Shown one piece after another: positions 26,601-39,645 of a DNA stretch of 64,000 nucleotides. The stretch is from Oikopleura dioica (taxonomy: Eukaryota; Animalia; Chordata). The translations under genes and the position numbers were made by a program. Every line of letters begins with the position of its first letter. The stretch's first letter is position 1. The notes beneath the pieces are model-generated. The model saw nothing but the letters and a program-made list of their open reading frames with translations, ran no database searches and was not told where the DNA came from. The stretch lies in the NCBI GenBank assembly GCA_907165135.1, contig OU015567.1, positions 8,122,001 through 8,186,000 on the forward strand, in the 5' to 3' direction.

Positions 26601-29600
26601 TAAATTATATTTTAATATATATTATTTTATTGATTATATGATTTTTTATTGAATATTATATAATTTATTTTATAATTTTAAAGCAGACTAATTTTGATAG
26701 AAACAGCCCGAAAAAGACAGATTTAAATAACCTCAGCTGATTGGCTGATCGGATTTTGGAGCATTTTGATTCGTTGAGAAATTTTTGAGGGCGGTATCGA
26801 TAATTTCTTCGTAAAAGCATAATAAAATCAAGGAAAAAGCGAAATTTCAAGTTCTTAGGCGATGTTTTTGGGATTAGGTAAACCAACAACCATGTTCGAT
26901 CTGGCGTCATTACACGGCTAAACCCTTGGCCCGGTCTCTTCCAGCAAGTGACCTCGGAGTTGTCCATGTTTCTCTTAGAAACGAATCAAGTCCAAACAAA
27001 ACAGCGGAAAAACGAGTTCCATGAGCGAAACCACTCTGCCCCGCCAAAACGTTTAATCCAAATAAATCATCGTTGATAATATTTACAACGTTGTCTAAAG
27101 CAGTTTCATAACTTTAACATCTGCGGTCGGACTTAGAATTTTCGCCCAAACCGGAATTAGAACTCGGCCCAAACAAGAGGCGAAATCGCAGAATTCGCGA
27201 AAATCTCACCTCCGGAAATGGCCCTTTTTAGTGCGAAAATGACTATTTTTGAAAAAGAGAGGTTCACAAGTTTTACTAATAGCTTTAAATTTATCAAAAA
27301 TAGAATCGACTTTTTTTAGTTTTTAATCTAAAAATGTGTATTTTCAGTTATTTACAGTAGTCTTTGGGCAAAAAATTAGTCAAGATTAACTCAAATGGTC
27401 TTATTGGCCGAAAATGGAATCCCTCCTTTCTTATTGGCTAAAAATCACTGAACTTAAAATCTGGTCAGAGAGGTACTGTATTTGATTTTGAAGTTAATTC
27501 GTGACTAACCGGTCTCTCCAAATTCGATCCAAGAGTATTTTCATTATAATTAAGAGTCTGCCGAAGTCTCCCGGAGGTACTCTACTTCAAAATGTAGATT
27601 TCAAGCACTTCCGCTTTTTCACTTTCATTTTCGAAGCTAAAAGTGCTCTCCAAACGCTCGGAAAAGTGAATTTTCAGTTAACAGAAAACTACAGTTTTCA
27701 CGTTTTCTCCTTCCATCGCGGTGGTCCGTCGCAAACAACGGAACTCTTGTTGAGGAAATGAATAAGACGCTGAGTTCACGACCTACTACGGACACTACTT
27801 AAATCCTTCTAAGACAAAAACGAAGTGAAAGAAATGTCAAGAAAGTGCTTCAAAAAGAACGCTGCCTAAAAAATGCTCTCTTACTGTAATTAGGAGAAAA
27901 ACTTGAAGAGCGGTTAGTAAAAGTGCCCCTAGAATCTCGTTATCAACGCGATTTGAGAGGGAGCAAAACAGGAGGATAAGATATTGCCCCATGTTTCGGA
28001 TGCTTTGAGTACCACTCTAATCGCTGCTCTAACTTCCACCTTTTAGCTTTTTTCAGAGTTACGATTTAATTGAACAGGGGAAGGGTCAACTACCCGGGTT
28101 CCAACTACTAACTAACAAGCAATTAAGAGAATGCTCATCGAGGTTCAAAATTAGCGGGGAAAGCCAATCAAAATGCTCAAATAGCACAACAAGCCAATCA
28201 AATTCTAAGAAGCTTAAAAATGATTATTTCGACTCAAAAATAGTTATTTTTTTTCGCAAATTTTAAAAGAAATGAATCGTCGCCTCTTTGTTTAGATTTT
28301 AGATATTGCATGACAGTAAATAGACGCAAAAAACGTAATGGATAACCAATATTGGATCTCGCACGTTTAAGCACTCGAGCGAAGTGGGCGCAAAACTGGA
28401 TATGGCGCGTAAAACGTTTACAAATACGTAGTCAAATGATGATAAACAGGGTGGAGATATTATGAAAACGAAGCGACTAAACCCGAAAATTACGCACTTT
28501 TTGGACTTTTGATGGTTTCTCACTCATGTTACCGTAATAATGATAGTTCTAATAATCGCCCAAGCGAGTGAGAAGTGCCCTTTTAAAAACGACTGTTGCG
28601 ACCTCAACAGGCGAGGCAGAAGAATGGAGATAACAGAGCGCAGTGACCTCAGCGCAAAAATCATTGATTCAAAAGTCGCCACAAGTAAAGTGACTTTGTT
28701 AAAACTTGGCAAAGGGAAACTTGAGTTATCGCATACGCGGCATACGTGGAATGAGATTTTATGCGACCCAAGTTTGCAATTGCGATTTTACGAGTCAAAA
28801 AACAATTATTATTTGCCACAACTTGAAAGTGACGACTTCCAAGGTCAATTTTCAAACTTGACTCAAAAGTACTCTTTTGAAAAAAGGGAGGAATTTCAAC
28901 TTCGTGAAAAATCCTCTGCGGATACCGCGAGTATCTTCTTGAGGGAAGGTAATTGACCGGAAAGTGATTGCAGCTGAGAAAGGATAGAATTTGAAGATAG
29001 CTTTATTATTAAAGAATTTCGAAGATCCTTTCTTTCATAATGATAGAAGACCATGAATTTCAAAAACAGCCAATTTTCAAATTTTGAATGAATTTTGAAA
29101 CTTCTTCATTTTTGATTGAATTTACGGATTCCGAAATTTATAAATCCAAAGAGAACTTTCTTTATCACAGCTAATCTAGCAGGTGCCAATAAAAATATTT
29201 TTAGTATTGGTTTAGTTAACCCCTAGGTTATCCCTAAGTTAATTTGGTTGAAAAGACAAAGTGCAGGCTCTCAGTAAAATAATTAAAAATCCGCGTTTAC
29301 AGGCATTTAATTGCAATGCAAATTAATCACTTAGTAATGAACAAATCAAGTCTGAACAAGAGGACGCAGTTTGGCATTTGGCAAATCTCAAGTTAATGAT
29401 TCTATTCAAATTCTTCCTGTTCGCTCGGAAAGAAAGGATGAGAATGAGGATTCGACGCACATTTTTGTGACATTTTGAAACGCTGACGGATTTTTTCTAT
29501 CATGACTCATAAAAATTAAACTGTTTTTGTGATATTAACTATTTTTAATATTAATAGAAAAGTAACTGATGAAATACTGTACCTTATGTGTGTTTTTCGA

Positions 29601-31111
29601 CTTAAAAGCTACCGACAAAGTATTTTCGTGAATCTCTTAGTCTCTTTTTATCTTCTTCTTTTATTTCTTTCTTCGTCAAAAATCTCGTGTTGAGCAAAAA
29701 ATTGCAACAATTGAGTTTGAATTTTATAAAAAATGATGTCTTTAGGATAGCTCTTCAATAAGCGGCTTCAAATTTTTCCTTGATTTTCGCCGCTCTCATG
29801 ATTTCTCATGGCTGCTCGCTAGTGCCTCGGCTGCGCGCAGCGCTAGAGCGCTAGAACGTCGAGCGGTCGGTCCCCGCTGCCGACCAATAAGCAAGCAAAT
29901 TGGCCAAAGCAAGGGACTTGTTTCAAATGTAAATATCGAGTAGATATGCTTTCCTTAGCTATATATTTAGAAGTAAACAAGGGTCATAAGGGAAAGGTGA
30001 GCCTAGCCACACTACGCAAGGAGAAAATTGAGTTACGCTTTTGATATGTTGGCCAAATAGAGGTCTTTGGAAATGGATTCAATTGAAGAGTTTAATACTT
30101 ATCATTCAATAATTTACACCGAAATTATATATAATTGAAGAGTTGCGAAATTACACTAGACTCAGCCAGATTGTGGTAAAGTTCATATCCCGTTGTTATT
30201 TATTATTCTGCATTCTTGTTTTTGCAGACACATGAGATCTGAAAACTATCTATTTCCAATACGGCTAAGTACTAGTAGCAGCACATATGTATTTGCAGCC
30301 CAACACGGGATATCAAAGAGAGACCAGTTATATTTTGAATAAATTTCAATAACAAAACTGAGAATTACATTGTCAATTGCTCAGTTTTCAAATGCCTAAA
30401 TTGATAATTATGAAAATTGAAAAAACATGGAAATTGTCAATTGTTTTCTAAAGATTCAAAACACTAGATTCCACGTCGTTTTCCAAAGTTTCCCATGCCC
30501 GCAGATCTCCGGAATTTTTCGTCAACGAAGTATCTAAAAAATCAATCCTCAAAACTCAACCTGTGAGCTCCTCTCTCTCTCAATCAATTTTCATTTTAAA
30601 TAAAAACAAACTCAAGTCGTTCATCACATTTAGCCACGGTTGCTCATAAGTTGAACTCTACTTACTCTAATTATCATATTATAATTTGATTTCTAGCTCA
30701 TTTTTCCACCGGGCATAATTTATCCAATAATTAAGCTTCCAAGAACTAGGGCAGCTAAATGATTCTTCCATAACAAATTAATTAGCTTATGCTTTTTTCT
30801 TCTTCACAAGCCAATTATTCAATAAAAGGGTAAAACGTTCTTTTCCACGTTGGAATTCATCCTTTTTAATAATTAGTCAAATCTAGTCATCTTTAGTTCA
30901 TCAAAGACAATTAGACAAAACAAAAGTACGCGGGATAATTTTCCTCCGAGAGAGCAAGCTCTGTGTAAACACTCGTAAGAGTGTAAGGGGGCAAAACGAC
31001 GCCTTGTCAAAGTGTTTCATCAACAAATCACGAAATTGATGAAATCAATTTGATTAAATACCATTTTCGTACGTACGCAAGAATTGGCCCTAGAATCGGA
31101 GATTTGCTTAA

Positions 31112-31726
31112 GGAGGGGGTCGTCAATATGGAAATTTTTGTACTTTTGAAATTTTGACCACATTTTTGAGTTCCTTGTCAAAAACATAATCTTTTGGTCT
31201 CTAGCTTTTTTGATTGGTCCACGTAAAACCTGGTAAAAATCGACTTAAACATTGAAAATGAGCGCGCGACGGGAGAAGGAAATTGAAGTTTTTTCTCGTT
31301 AGCTATTATTTTTAATAGTTTCTTAATCAATATTTATTAAAAATTCCGAGTCTTTGCGGTTTTCGAAAAAATCGGTCAAAAACGAGTAAAAATATGGAAT
31401 TTTGTTAAAATCGAATATTTTTAATCAATAAGAAAAATTTTTTAATGAAGTGACCCTTAATTTTTTGATCGCCGGTCGATGCAGAAGGGTCCAAACTACT
31501 AGTATTTAAAATTTGATTGTCGAAAAAATTTTGGTTTCGAGATTTTTGGTCAAGAGACACCCCCACTTCAACCCTAAATTTGGAAAAATTTTCCAAGAAA
31601 ATTTTTCTTCTTATTGCCGGTCGAAAATTTAAACCCTTTTCTTTGCACCGGACACTTCGATTTTCAATCCAATCAGGTTTTTCCGTATTTTTGGTCAAAA
31701 AAAATCCGAATATTGACGACCCCCCC
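31112..31726. mobile_element. TTAA-flanked MITE (615 bp), Kolobok-like termini
   Basis: TTAA|GGAGGGGGTCGTCAATAT ... ATATTGACGACCCCCCC|TTAA. A TTAA TSD with purine-purine ends fits Kolobok better than piggyBac (CCC ends). Superfamily is inferred. Confidence 0.75.
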
Positions 31727-32137
31727 TTAAATGGATGAAGTTATGCAAATATATCGTAAATATGGTGCGTAAATATATTTCTAACATTGATCATACGTAA
31801 TCATTTATTTTTAGTTACATAATAATTTTCAGGGAAAAAACAGCCTTCGTTCTTCTCATTCTTTTGTGTCATCGGAAAATTGAATGATTCCGGCAAAGAT
31901 TGAAAAAGAACTCTCATAATTTTTGATCGACTCAAATACGAACAGCAAATAATTCAGACCCAACGATGCAGCCTTCTTGATGCTCATTTATTTGATTAGA
32001 TTGAAAAACTGCAGAATTCAAAATTCTCAAGGTCTTGTTGATCCTCATCAAATAAACAACTATCATCATCCTGCTTTAAAATTTCCCTGCTTCGAAACGT
32101 CGACTCCAGAAATACTCAATACTTTGAAGTTCCAAGA

Positions 32138-32581
32138 ATGAAACTCTTTGCTTTTTCGCCGGAATTTTTCAGTTGTCCGACGCCATGTGCACCAACGGCT
32201 ACGACATGGACTGCAAGCGAGAGTGCCATGATGAGTTTACGGAGTGTCGAAGATCCGGTACTATCGACTACGCGGATTGCCGATCTGACAGGTTTATTCG
32301 GAGTCGATTTTAGTCATCATTTTGCTTCGATTTTAGGCAAGAATGCTACGAACTCTGCGTTTGCCACCACACTCACCGGGAATTTGTCAACATTAAGCAC
32401 CCAGTAAGAAGCTGGTAAGCTCAACATACACTTTTGTATTCGTTGAAAATTGAAAACTTATTCAAGCCCTCCACCACGATCGAACGAATGCGACTTTGTG
32501 AAGCAACAGCTGACAGTGGCACCTGATTTTTTTCACCATTCCGAGTGGCGATGCGAATATGAATGTCTCACGAAAGCTTGA
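32138..32581 (+). CDS. Small secreted cysteine-rich protein, 3 exons
   Basis: With one extra T in the run 32152-32156 the ORF reads MKLFAFFAGIFQLSDA|MCTNGYDMDCKRECHDEFTECRR...CYELCVCHH...CDF...WRCEYECLTKA*. Two short GT-AG introns. Confidence 0.6.
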
Positions 32582-33324
32582 AAATAGAAAATTTTTCCAG
32601 AATAAAATGAGTTTCTTGTTGTTCTTGTTGTTGAGTTTTCACGGTGTCGTTCGTTCGTCGAAGTCTGATGTGAGGTCATTCGAGCTTGGTCAGTGTATCG
32701 AGTGTTCAAAGCGGCCCACGATAACAGAAGTGCGCGTAATAACTCATTAGGGCTCATTTTTCAGAAAGCGCCCTTAGTTTACGATGAACAGACCCGATCC
32801 AGTTTCATCTTCGAAATTTGTTGGTCAAACAAGCATGTTTTTGTTTCGAGGAAGCCAAGTTGGCCAGTAAAAAAGAAATAATCATTCTTTAATTTGCCGC
32901 CAATTAACGGACCTTCTGGATTTAAAATTGCTAAAGATGTAATTGCTTATCTATATTTTTCTCACTGAATTTAACGTGCGAATAATGAAGAGGTAATTAT
33001 CTTTATTTATAAGATAACGTGGCGAATAACTTATCGCTATTATTATTAGTGATAATTTATCAATCAAGTGGACATAAGTCTATATTCCAATAGCACTGTA
33101 AATTCCAATTAGACTTTCACAAACTTCCTTTTTTACTCTAAAATTTAGAGTCTAAATCCTTATTTAATTACTGCTTTGCATTGTGGCCTCGTCATAAAAC
33201 TTCCTATCAAAAGCTGGTTGGGCGAAGTTTGGTTAAAGGAATCATCATAAAGTAAAAAATAGACTGCTTGTCCGTACATGAATCATGTAACATGATAATT
33301 TTGATGTTTTCCATAGCTCGAGAA

Positions 33325-33493
33325 TTATTTCTCCTTCGTTTTACTCCTGTGGTTCAAGGTGTAGGCAGTAGGCAAAAGATGGTTTCCTTCTTCAGGTCAG
33401 GTCAGTTCTAGCACTAAACTTGATGCTCGAGCAGATGCCGGATCTACTTTTACGTCTACAAGCGAATCATTCGCAAGGAGCAAATCTTCCCCT
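33325..33493 (-). CDS. 3' exons of an unknown short gene, paralogue A
   Basis: GEDLLLANDSLVDVKVDPAS...AYTLNHRSKTKEK*. Homologous to 35580-35757 with synonymous-type changes and the stop at the same codon. Confidence 0.5.
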
Positions 33494-35579
33494 CTAAATG
33501 TCAATGGTGGGCAGCCTAAGCATCCCGATCTACGATATTCTCTATCTTACGGAAGGTTTCGTAACATTAGGGAAGAATAATCGAGATAAATGAGGATTGA
33601 GAATATTTTTTAATGGTCCATAGAAACTTTAAACTGTAGTATAGATTCTCTACTATAGAATCATCACTGATGATTTAGTTTGAAAGCAAAGAGAAAAATC
33701 GAAAGCGAGATCCTTTTCAGATTCTGTAGAAAGAGTTCCATTTGATGAAATAAATCTATTTCCACCAAATGCAGACGCGTTTCAGTTTTTCTTTAATTTT
33801 TCATTTCCGGGGCGCCGAAGCAAGAATGGAACGGAAGCGGAGAACAAGGCAAGAAACTGATATCGTTTGTTTCAACATATGGCGCTGTCACGTGGGAAGT
33901 AATTACGAGGAGAACACAAACTATCACTGGAAATTACGGCGATCAGCGCTTTTCTTTGTAAAACCGCTTTGTCTGCCGCTTTGAACATGACGCTACTTTC
34001 GCGAGAAATAGTGAATACAGTGAATACAGTGAAAACTCGCTCGGCGAGTGTTTTTCTTTAAAGCACCAACTTTTGAAAATCGTAAACTGGGCAGAGAGGC
34101 GCCTTGCCTGTCGCGTTTTCCTAAACAAATTATTTTGACGAACTTGGCGAAATGTCGCGATTGTGAATATTCTGCATTTGTTTTAGAAAATTTGTCGTCC
34201 CTTCTGGATAACTTTTCTTGTCTCTGCCGATCATTCCAGTAATTAACTGGTTTTGCAAAGCGTAAATATATAAATTGTTTGAAAGTTTAACTTCTCAATA
34301 CACGTGGTCGGTTCAACCGACCACGGCGACTTTGAGCCGCCGTAATTTCTCTTGTGATAATCTATTTGACCTGATTTTTGTAATGTGAGCTGAGATGACT
34401 AAAACGAACCACTTCGTCAAATTTTGGATGTTTTCTCAAAAGTGGTGGCGTTTTGCACCGCATTTATCTTTCATTCAGCAGCTGACAATCCAACAAGTTT
34501 TTTTCAAAAGTAATTGTAAATCTTGATAGGTGAGTGTTCAAGCTTTCCAGCGATATGTTTTTTAAATTTTTTGCTTGCCGGAAACGCAAGTTAGAGCTAA
34601 AAGTCTTGAGCGCTCTTTATCATACTCCGAATTTTGCCCGCCGCGCGGGGCTGAATAATGCATTGTGGTCCCCTCACCCGACCCCGTGTTTTGAGCGCTT
34701 AGTTGCGCGCCCGTGTATTGAGAAGTTAAGAGTTTGAGGGTTAGACGTTATTACCACTAATAACCAGACATAGCCATAATTTACTGCTGTTTATCATTTC
34801 TTATTTCTAATCGAGCTCGCGAAAATTAATCACCAAGTTTATAATTTGAACGAATAATTGAACCGTTAATTGGCAATTTGAAATGGTATTATTGAAGATT
34901 TTTTACAGACCTTTTTCTGTAAGTAATTCTTTGCAACTCTCCCTTTGTTTTCCCAAAAGTCGTATTACGATGTCTACTCGCATATAAGAGCCGGTACTGT
35001 ACGAAAATAATCGTTGCTTATTGAAGAAATCAATCAAATATACGCCACTCGATATAAATAGCTATATTTATCTCGAGGGATCGGAACTTTGTCAGACAAA
35101 GAATGCACTTGGATGGTAATTGCGATTTCCTCTCCCGTCATGTCCAAAATCTTGATAGAATAAATTATGCTCCCAGACGAAATTTCGCTTGAAAATCTCA
35201 TTTCTCAACAGTTTCTGACTATTTTTTATCCGAGTGACTGTTTTTTAGAAGCAAAATAAAGAGCCCTTGAAAATAAACGCACGAGAGCGTCAAATTGTGA
35301 TTAGATGCATCAGAGAAAAGTAACACAATCAATACATTTTTGTCGCATTATTCTAACATCTGTGTTTGATGGAAAACGAAGAGATAACGTATTTCTTGCA
35401 ATTTTAATTTAATGATGTTGTTTCGGCGGAAAATTGGACTCAGGGAAAATGTATTTTCTTTATTCAGATATACCGTCAAATTAGAAGAAGTCTATTGATT
35501 CTGTATAATCTACACTGTGTAGATTATCGAAAATAATTATCTATTATCAAGATTCTCTGATATTCTTACCGTTTGTTAG

Positions 35580-35757
35580 AGGGAAGATTTGCTCCTAGCG
35601 TATGATTCGCTAGTAGACGTCAAAGTCGACCGGGCATCTGGTCAGACGTAAAGTTTAGTGCTGGAAGTTAATCATATCTATGCTGTTAGCATTCAGAAAT
35701 CATATTTTCTGTAGTGACTACACCTTGAATCACAGGAGTACATCGACAAAAAGATGA
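35580..35757 (+). CDS. 3' exons of an unknown short gene, paralogue B
   Basis: REDLLLAYDSLVDVKVDRAS|AFRNHIFCSDYTLNHRSTSTKR*, with GT-AG intron 35641-35689. Inverted homologue of 33325-33493. Confidence 0.5.
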
Positions 35758-37243
35758 TTCTCTGGCTATGGAAAACCTAATAATCCCCCTGTACGGAAGA
35801 CGGAAAAGCTCATGCTTAAAGTTGTTCGAATCATTCGAGTCTAGTCGAATTGATCATATCCTCAAACGAACAGTTCGTTTTCCACTTTCTGATGATTCTA
35901 TTAACCAAGCTTCGCCCAAACATATTTGAGAGGAAGCATAACGGCGACGACACGATGCAAAAGCGTTAGATTAAGAAAACACAGTAATGAAAATATAGAT
36001 TTAGAAAGGAAGAAGAAGTGGCTGCTTCCGTTAGGAACTGATAAAGAGACGTTCCTAATTCGCAAAAACAGTAATTACATTTGCGCGTTGCACAACCTTC
36101 TACTCGACCGGGCGCTCTTATCGATGACTGCTCAAAGTTCTAAAGCTGTGAACTCTGTTCTAATGCTGCCGGACTTCGGCGCTGCTTTCGTGAATCATGC
36201 AACCTTCGTTTCTACAACGGATGCAGCGTTCACAACTGCTCGCCATCCGGGTCGTCGTCATTTAGGCTTTTCGATTTTCCTGAAGAAGGAAATCCGACCG
36301 TTTTCCAAAATCCGTCAAGAAATGAGGACGCGGCGCAGCTCTTCTCCGGATGATGACGCGGTTGAACTCCATTGAAAATTCGCCTAAAAGGCGATCCTTA
36401 GCGGCTCTAAGTCACCATATTATCGCACCCAATTTGTGATGTCCATAATACGATAATAATTTAAGTATAGCAAACATGTTAGTTGTCAGTATCACTTTGT
36501 AAAGCAATGTGTTAAAAACAGTCTGCAAGACATCCAGAAAAGATGGTTATCTTCATTTGTACAGTCAGATGCAATAAGGGTCTTCGAATTGAGGTGCATC
36601 AATTAGTCTTTCTGCGTAAGATTGACACAAGTCGGCGTAAATCGTCGCACGTTACAGCTTTATCGTCTCGTATCGCTGCCAAGATATTCGCGATGCGAAA
36701 ATAAACCACTCGCGAGGAAAGGTAAAAAAGAGTGACAAGAATTTATTTTGGAAAGGGACTTTTTCCCCAGTCAGGTTATGAGATGGTCATCGATTTTTAC
36801 TTACGACGCGTTTTTTGGGGCAACTGAGAAAAACCCCAACGAACTTCTGTATTAAATTACAGACGGGCTTAGTCGCAGTGCATTTGCTCGCAAAATATTT
36901 GAATTTGAAAATTCCGCCTTAAATTTGAAAAAACGTCGACCGAACCAATGGTCAGAAAAATTCTGATTTGCCTATTGGAGGAGACACTTCCTTCTCCTGG
37001 AACTCTAGACTTCCGCAAACATCTAAGAAGCCGCAGGGTCAATTTCAGAGGGCAAAAGAAAAAAAAGCAGGGGGGTTTTCTTGCAAGTAAGTTTTTGACT
37101 CAAGAAATTTTCTAGATAAGCGTTGTTTCCCTACAAAATCTATATAAACTCGCTTGAAGGCGGAAACCCTTCATACTTCTGAAATCCCGTTAGAGAAGCA
37201 GGAGCGTCGACTTTTTGAAGCGCCTATTTTACCAGAGAGAAAA

Positions 37244-39645
37244 ATGAATCGAGATCTGCAAAATCTCTGCAGCGGAGAAAGCGGCCTTCAACGACTGAAG
37301 ATCAGCACCGGTTACTCCAAGTCTCTCCACGGCTCCCAGGATAGTACTCGATAAACAAACTACATAACAAGTAGCACTAATTATGCTTATCACTCGAGCG
37401 TGTGAACGAAGGACCTATTCGAAGTTTGACAAGATAATCCTGCTTATCTTGCACTTCTTGAGAATTTCGCGAGCACAATGCCTCTTTCAGGGAGCTAGAA
37501 TTTTCTAAGCATTATCGAACATTGATTAAAAGACCTCTCTGGCTTCGAATTCGTCGGCTTTAACGACGAAGAGCCAGAAAATCGGGAATGGCATCACCAA
37601 GTACTTCAAAAGAAAAGGACTTTCCCTCCTTGGAAGCAATAATTCCAATGTAAGTAGTCTTCTTCGCGTCAAAAAGCTCATGGAATCATATTTAAAGGTT
37701 CCAAAAGCAGATCTGAAAAAGATTTCAAAAACTCCAGCTCGTCGTACTATCACTCGCCGCCAGCACTCTCACAAGGCGATTGAAGAAAACAAAGAGGTTC
37801 CAAAACCAGATGATGAGAAGAACCTCAAGTTCCCTCTGAATGAACCAGCAGAGGATCCCTTCGGTGCGATAAGCTGCCCTATTGAGCCATGGAGGCAGGA
37901 AATTTGGGAAAGACTTCCAGCTGAGAAGAAACTTCTTTCTTTTCCGTGTTACGAGCCGTATTCCTTCACTGGTAAGTTTTAAACGATCGATCTGGGAATG
38001 ACATTTGATATTCTAGCGTTCGAATACGTCCGGGCGCGAGAACTCAAGCCCACACATCGAGTTGTTGGAAATTATCTTCAGAATCATCCTGTCTTGACTC
38101 CTAGGCATCGATACATCCTCGTCAACTGGATAATGGAAGTTCAGGTAACAAGCGGCCCAGTTTCCAAGTCGTACTTCCAAGATTACTAATATAATAACAC
38201 TCAAGTACTTTGACTTGTAATTAAGAGCTGCTCTAAGCTGTTTTGTAAAATAAAGTTAGACTTGGACTCTCAAATAATCAGTTCTCTTTCCCTTTTTTTC
38301 ATGTTTCCGAGCCTCATTTTCTTAGGAAAACGATGAGTTCTACTTTCGCAACGAGCAGTTGTTCGCCGCCGTCCGCTACATCGATGTCTATCTAAGGAAG
38401 GGAATCGACAGCTACCAATACGATAATCAGTGTTATTCTCATTTTTGAACCTGATAAATTCGTTTTAACAAGCCCGCTTTTCAAATTTTTCACGTTCTCA
38501 ATTTTCGAGCCCTGTTAACTCCTCCAAAACAGCCGAACTCAAAACTTGCCATTGGATAGGTTTCAGCTATTAGCGATTACTGCCATGTTCGTCGCCTGTA
38601 AAGTTGGTGTAAGTCACAATTATTTACGTTGGCACTTGTAAACAACAGTGTTTCTATTCTTGATTTTTTTGACAACGTATCGTTGTAACCCCACGTTTTT
38701 GTTTCTTTCTAAACTTGAAAAATCTTATGATTAGCGGGAGCCGTGAGCTAATAGCTGTACAACTTGAGGACTCTTATTCAACTAGACGGGGAGACTGCAT
38801 CTCAGGCATTTTGAAAAACGAATTTTAGATGCAATATTACGCGGAGATCGCGTCCTGGGCGATTCTTGGCGATCCTGACAAGCCCTACAAAACTAGTGAC
38901 ATCCGACAATTCGAGGTCGAACTTCTCCAAGTGATCGATTGGGATGCAGAAATTTCGACTGCCTATTTCTCCCAGAAACGACTGTCCATGCTAGCTGGAT
39001 TGAAAGACTCTCAGGTACAGATTTTTCTTCTCAAGGTTAATTTTATGAACATTCAGTGTCATATGGTGAGATATCTTCTGGAGCTATCTCTTCTTGCTGC
39101 CGACATGGTGACGATTCGCCCGTCAATCATCACTTCCGCTGCCGTTTTAGTCGCGAAAACCTACTACGGCCATCCCTTAGAATGGAACGATTACATGGTC
39201 TATCACAGGATAGTGGCTCCTCATCAATACCTTGAACGCCGCCTTGCTCATTAGTAAGATTAATTGCGAGTAGTACGTAGCTTAATGGTTAGCTAACAAG
39301 ACAAATTGCAAAAGGCGCGTAAAACGACCTAAGCAGCTTGAAATGATGTTACTTGGTTTTGACAATTTTATATTATGAAAAAATTACTGAGCCGCGCAAA
39401 AAAGCGCTTATAAGTTTGAAGAACTGGCGCCTGTTTGCAAGAGCCTCATTTTCCTGATGAAGAACGCATACAACATCGGAAAGGAAAATTTGGCTGGTTC
39501 AAAGGACTATCTTTGGGCCAAGTACTCGAGCAGCGATGGCGGCATGGTAGTGGCGTGATTCTTTATTTTGCGACCTTCAAATCGGCTTTTTAGGTGGCGA
39601 TTTTGGACCAAGAGCTTCTTCAAAACTTGAGAAATTTGGAGTAAG
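37244..39645 (+). CDS. Divergent mitotic (B/B3-like) cyclin, multi-exon
   Basis: Cyclin box: HRYILVNWIMEVQ-EN...EQLFAAVRYIDVYL, FQLLAITAMFVACK, FEVELLQVIDW, then MVRYLLELSLL...RPSIITSAA and AKYSSS. Start and stop positions are approximate. Confidence 0.8.

Noticed and set aside
27400-28195. Paired CCAAT/ATTGG motifs about 30 bp apart at ~27403-27440 and ~28152-28192
   Set aside because: No gene start could be tied to them, and such pairs can arise by chance.
28540-28956. 138-aa ORF with hydrophobic start and Cys cluster
   Set aside because: No family recognised and no supporting exon structure; it may be a real exon but cannot be supported.
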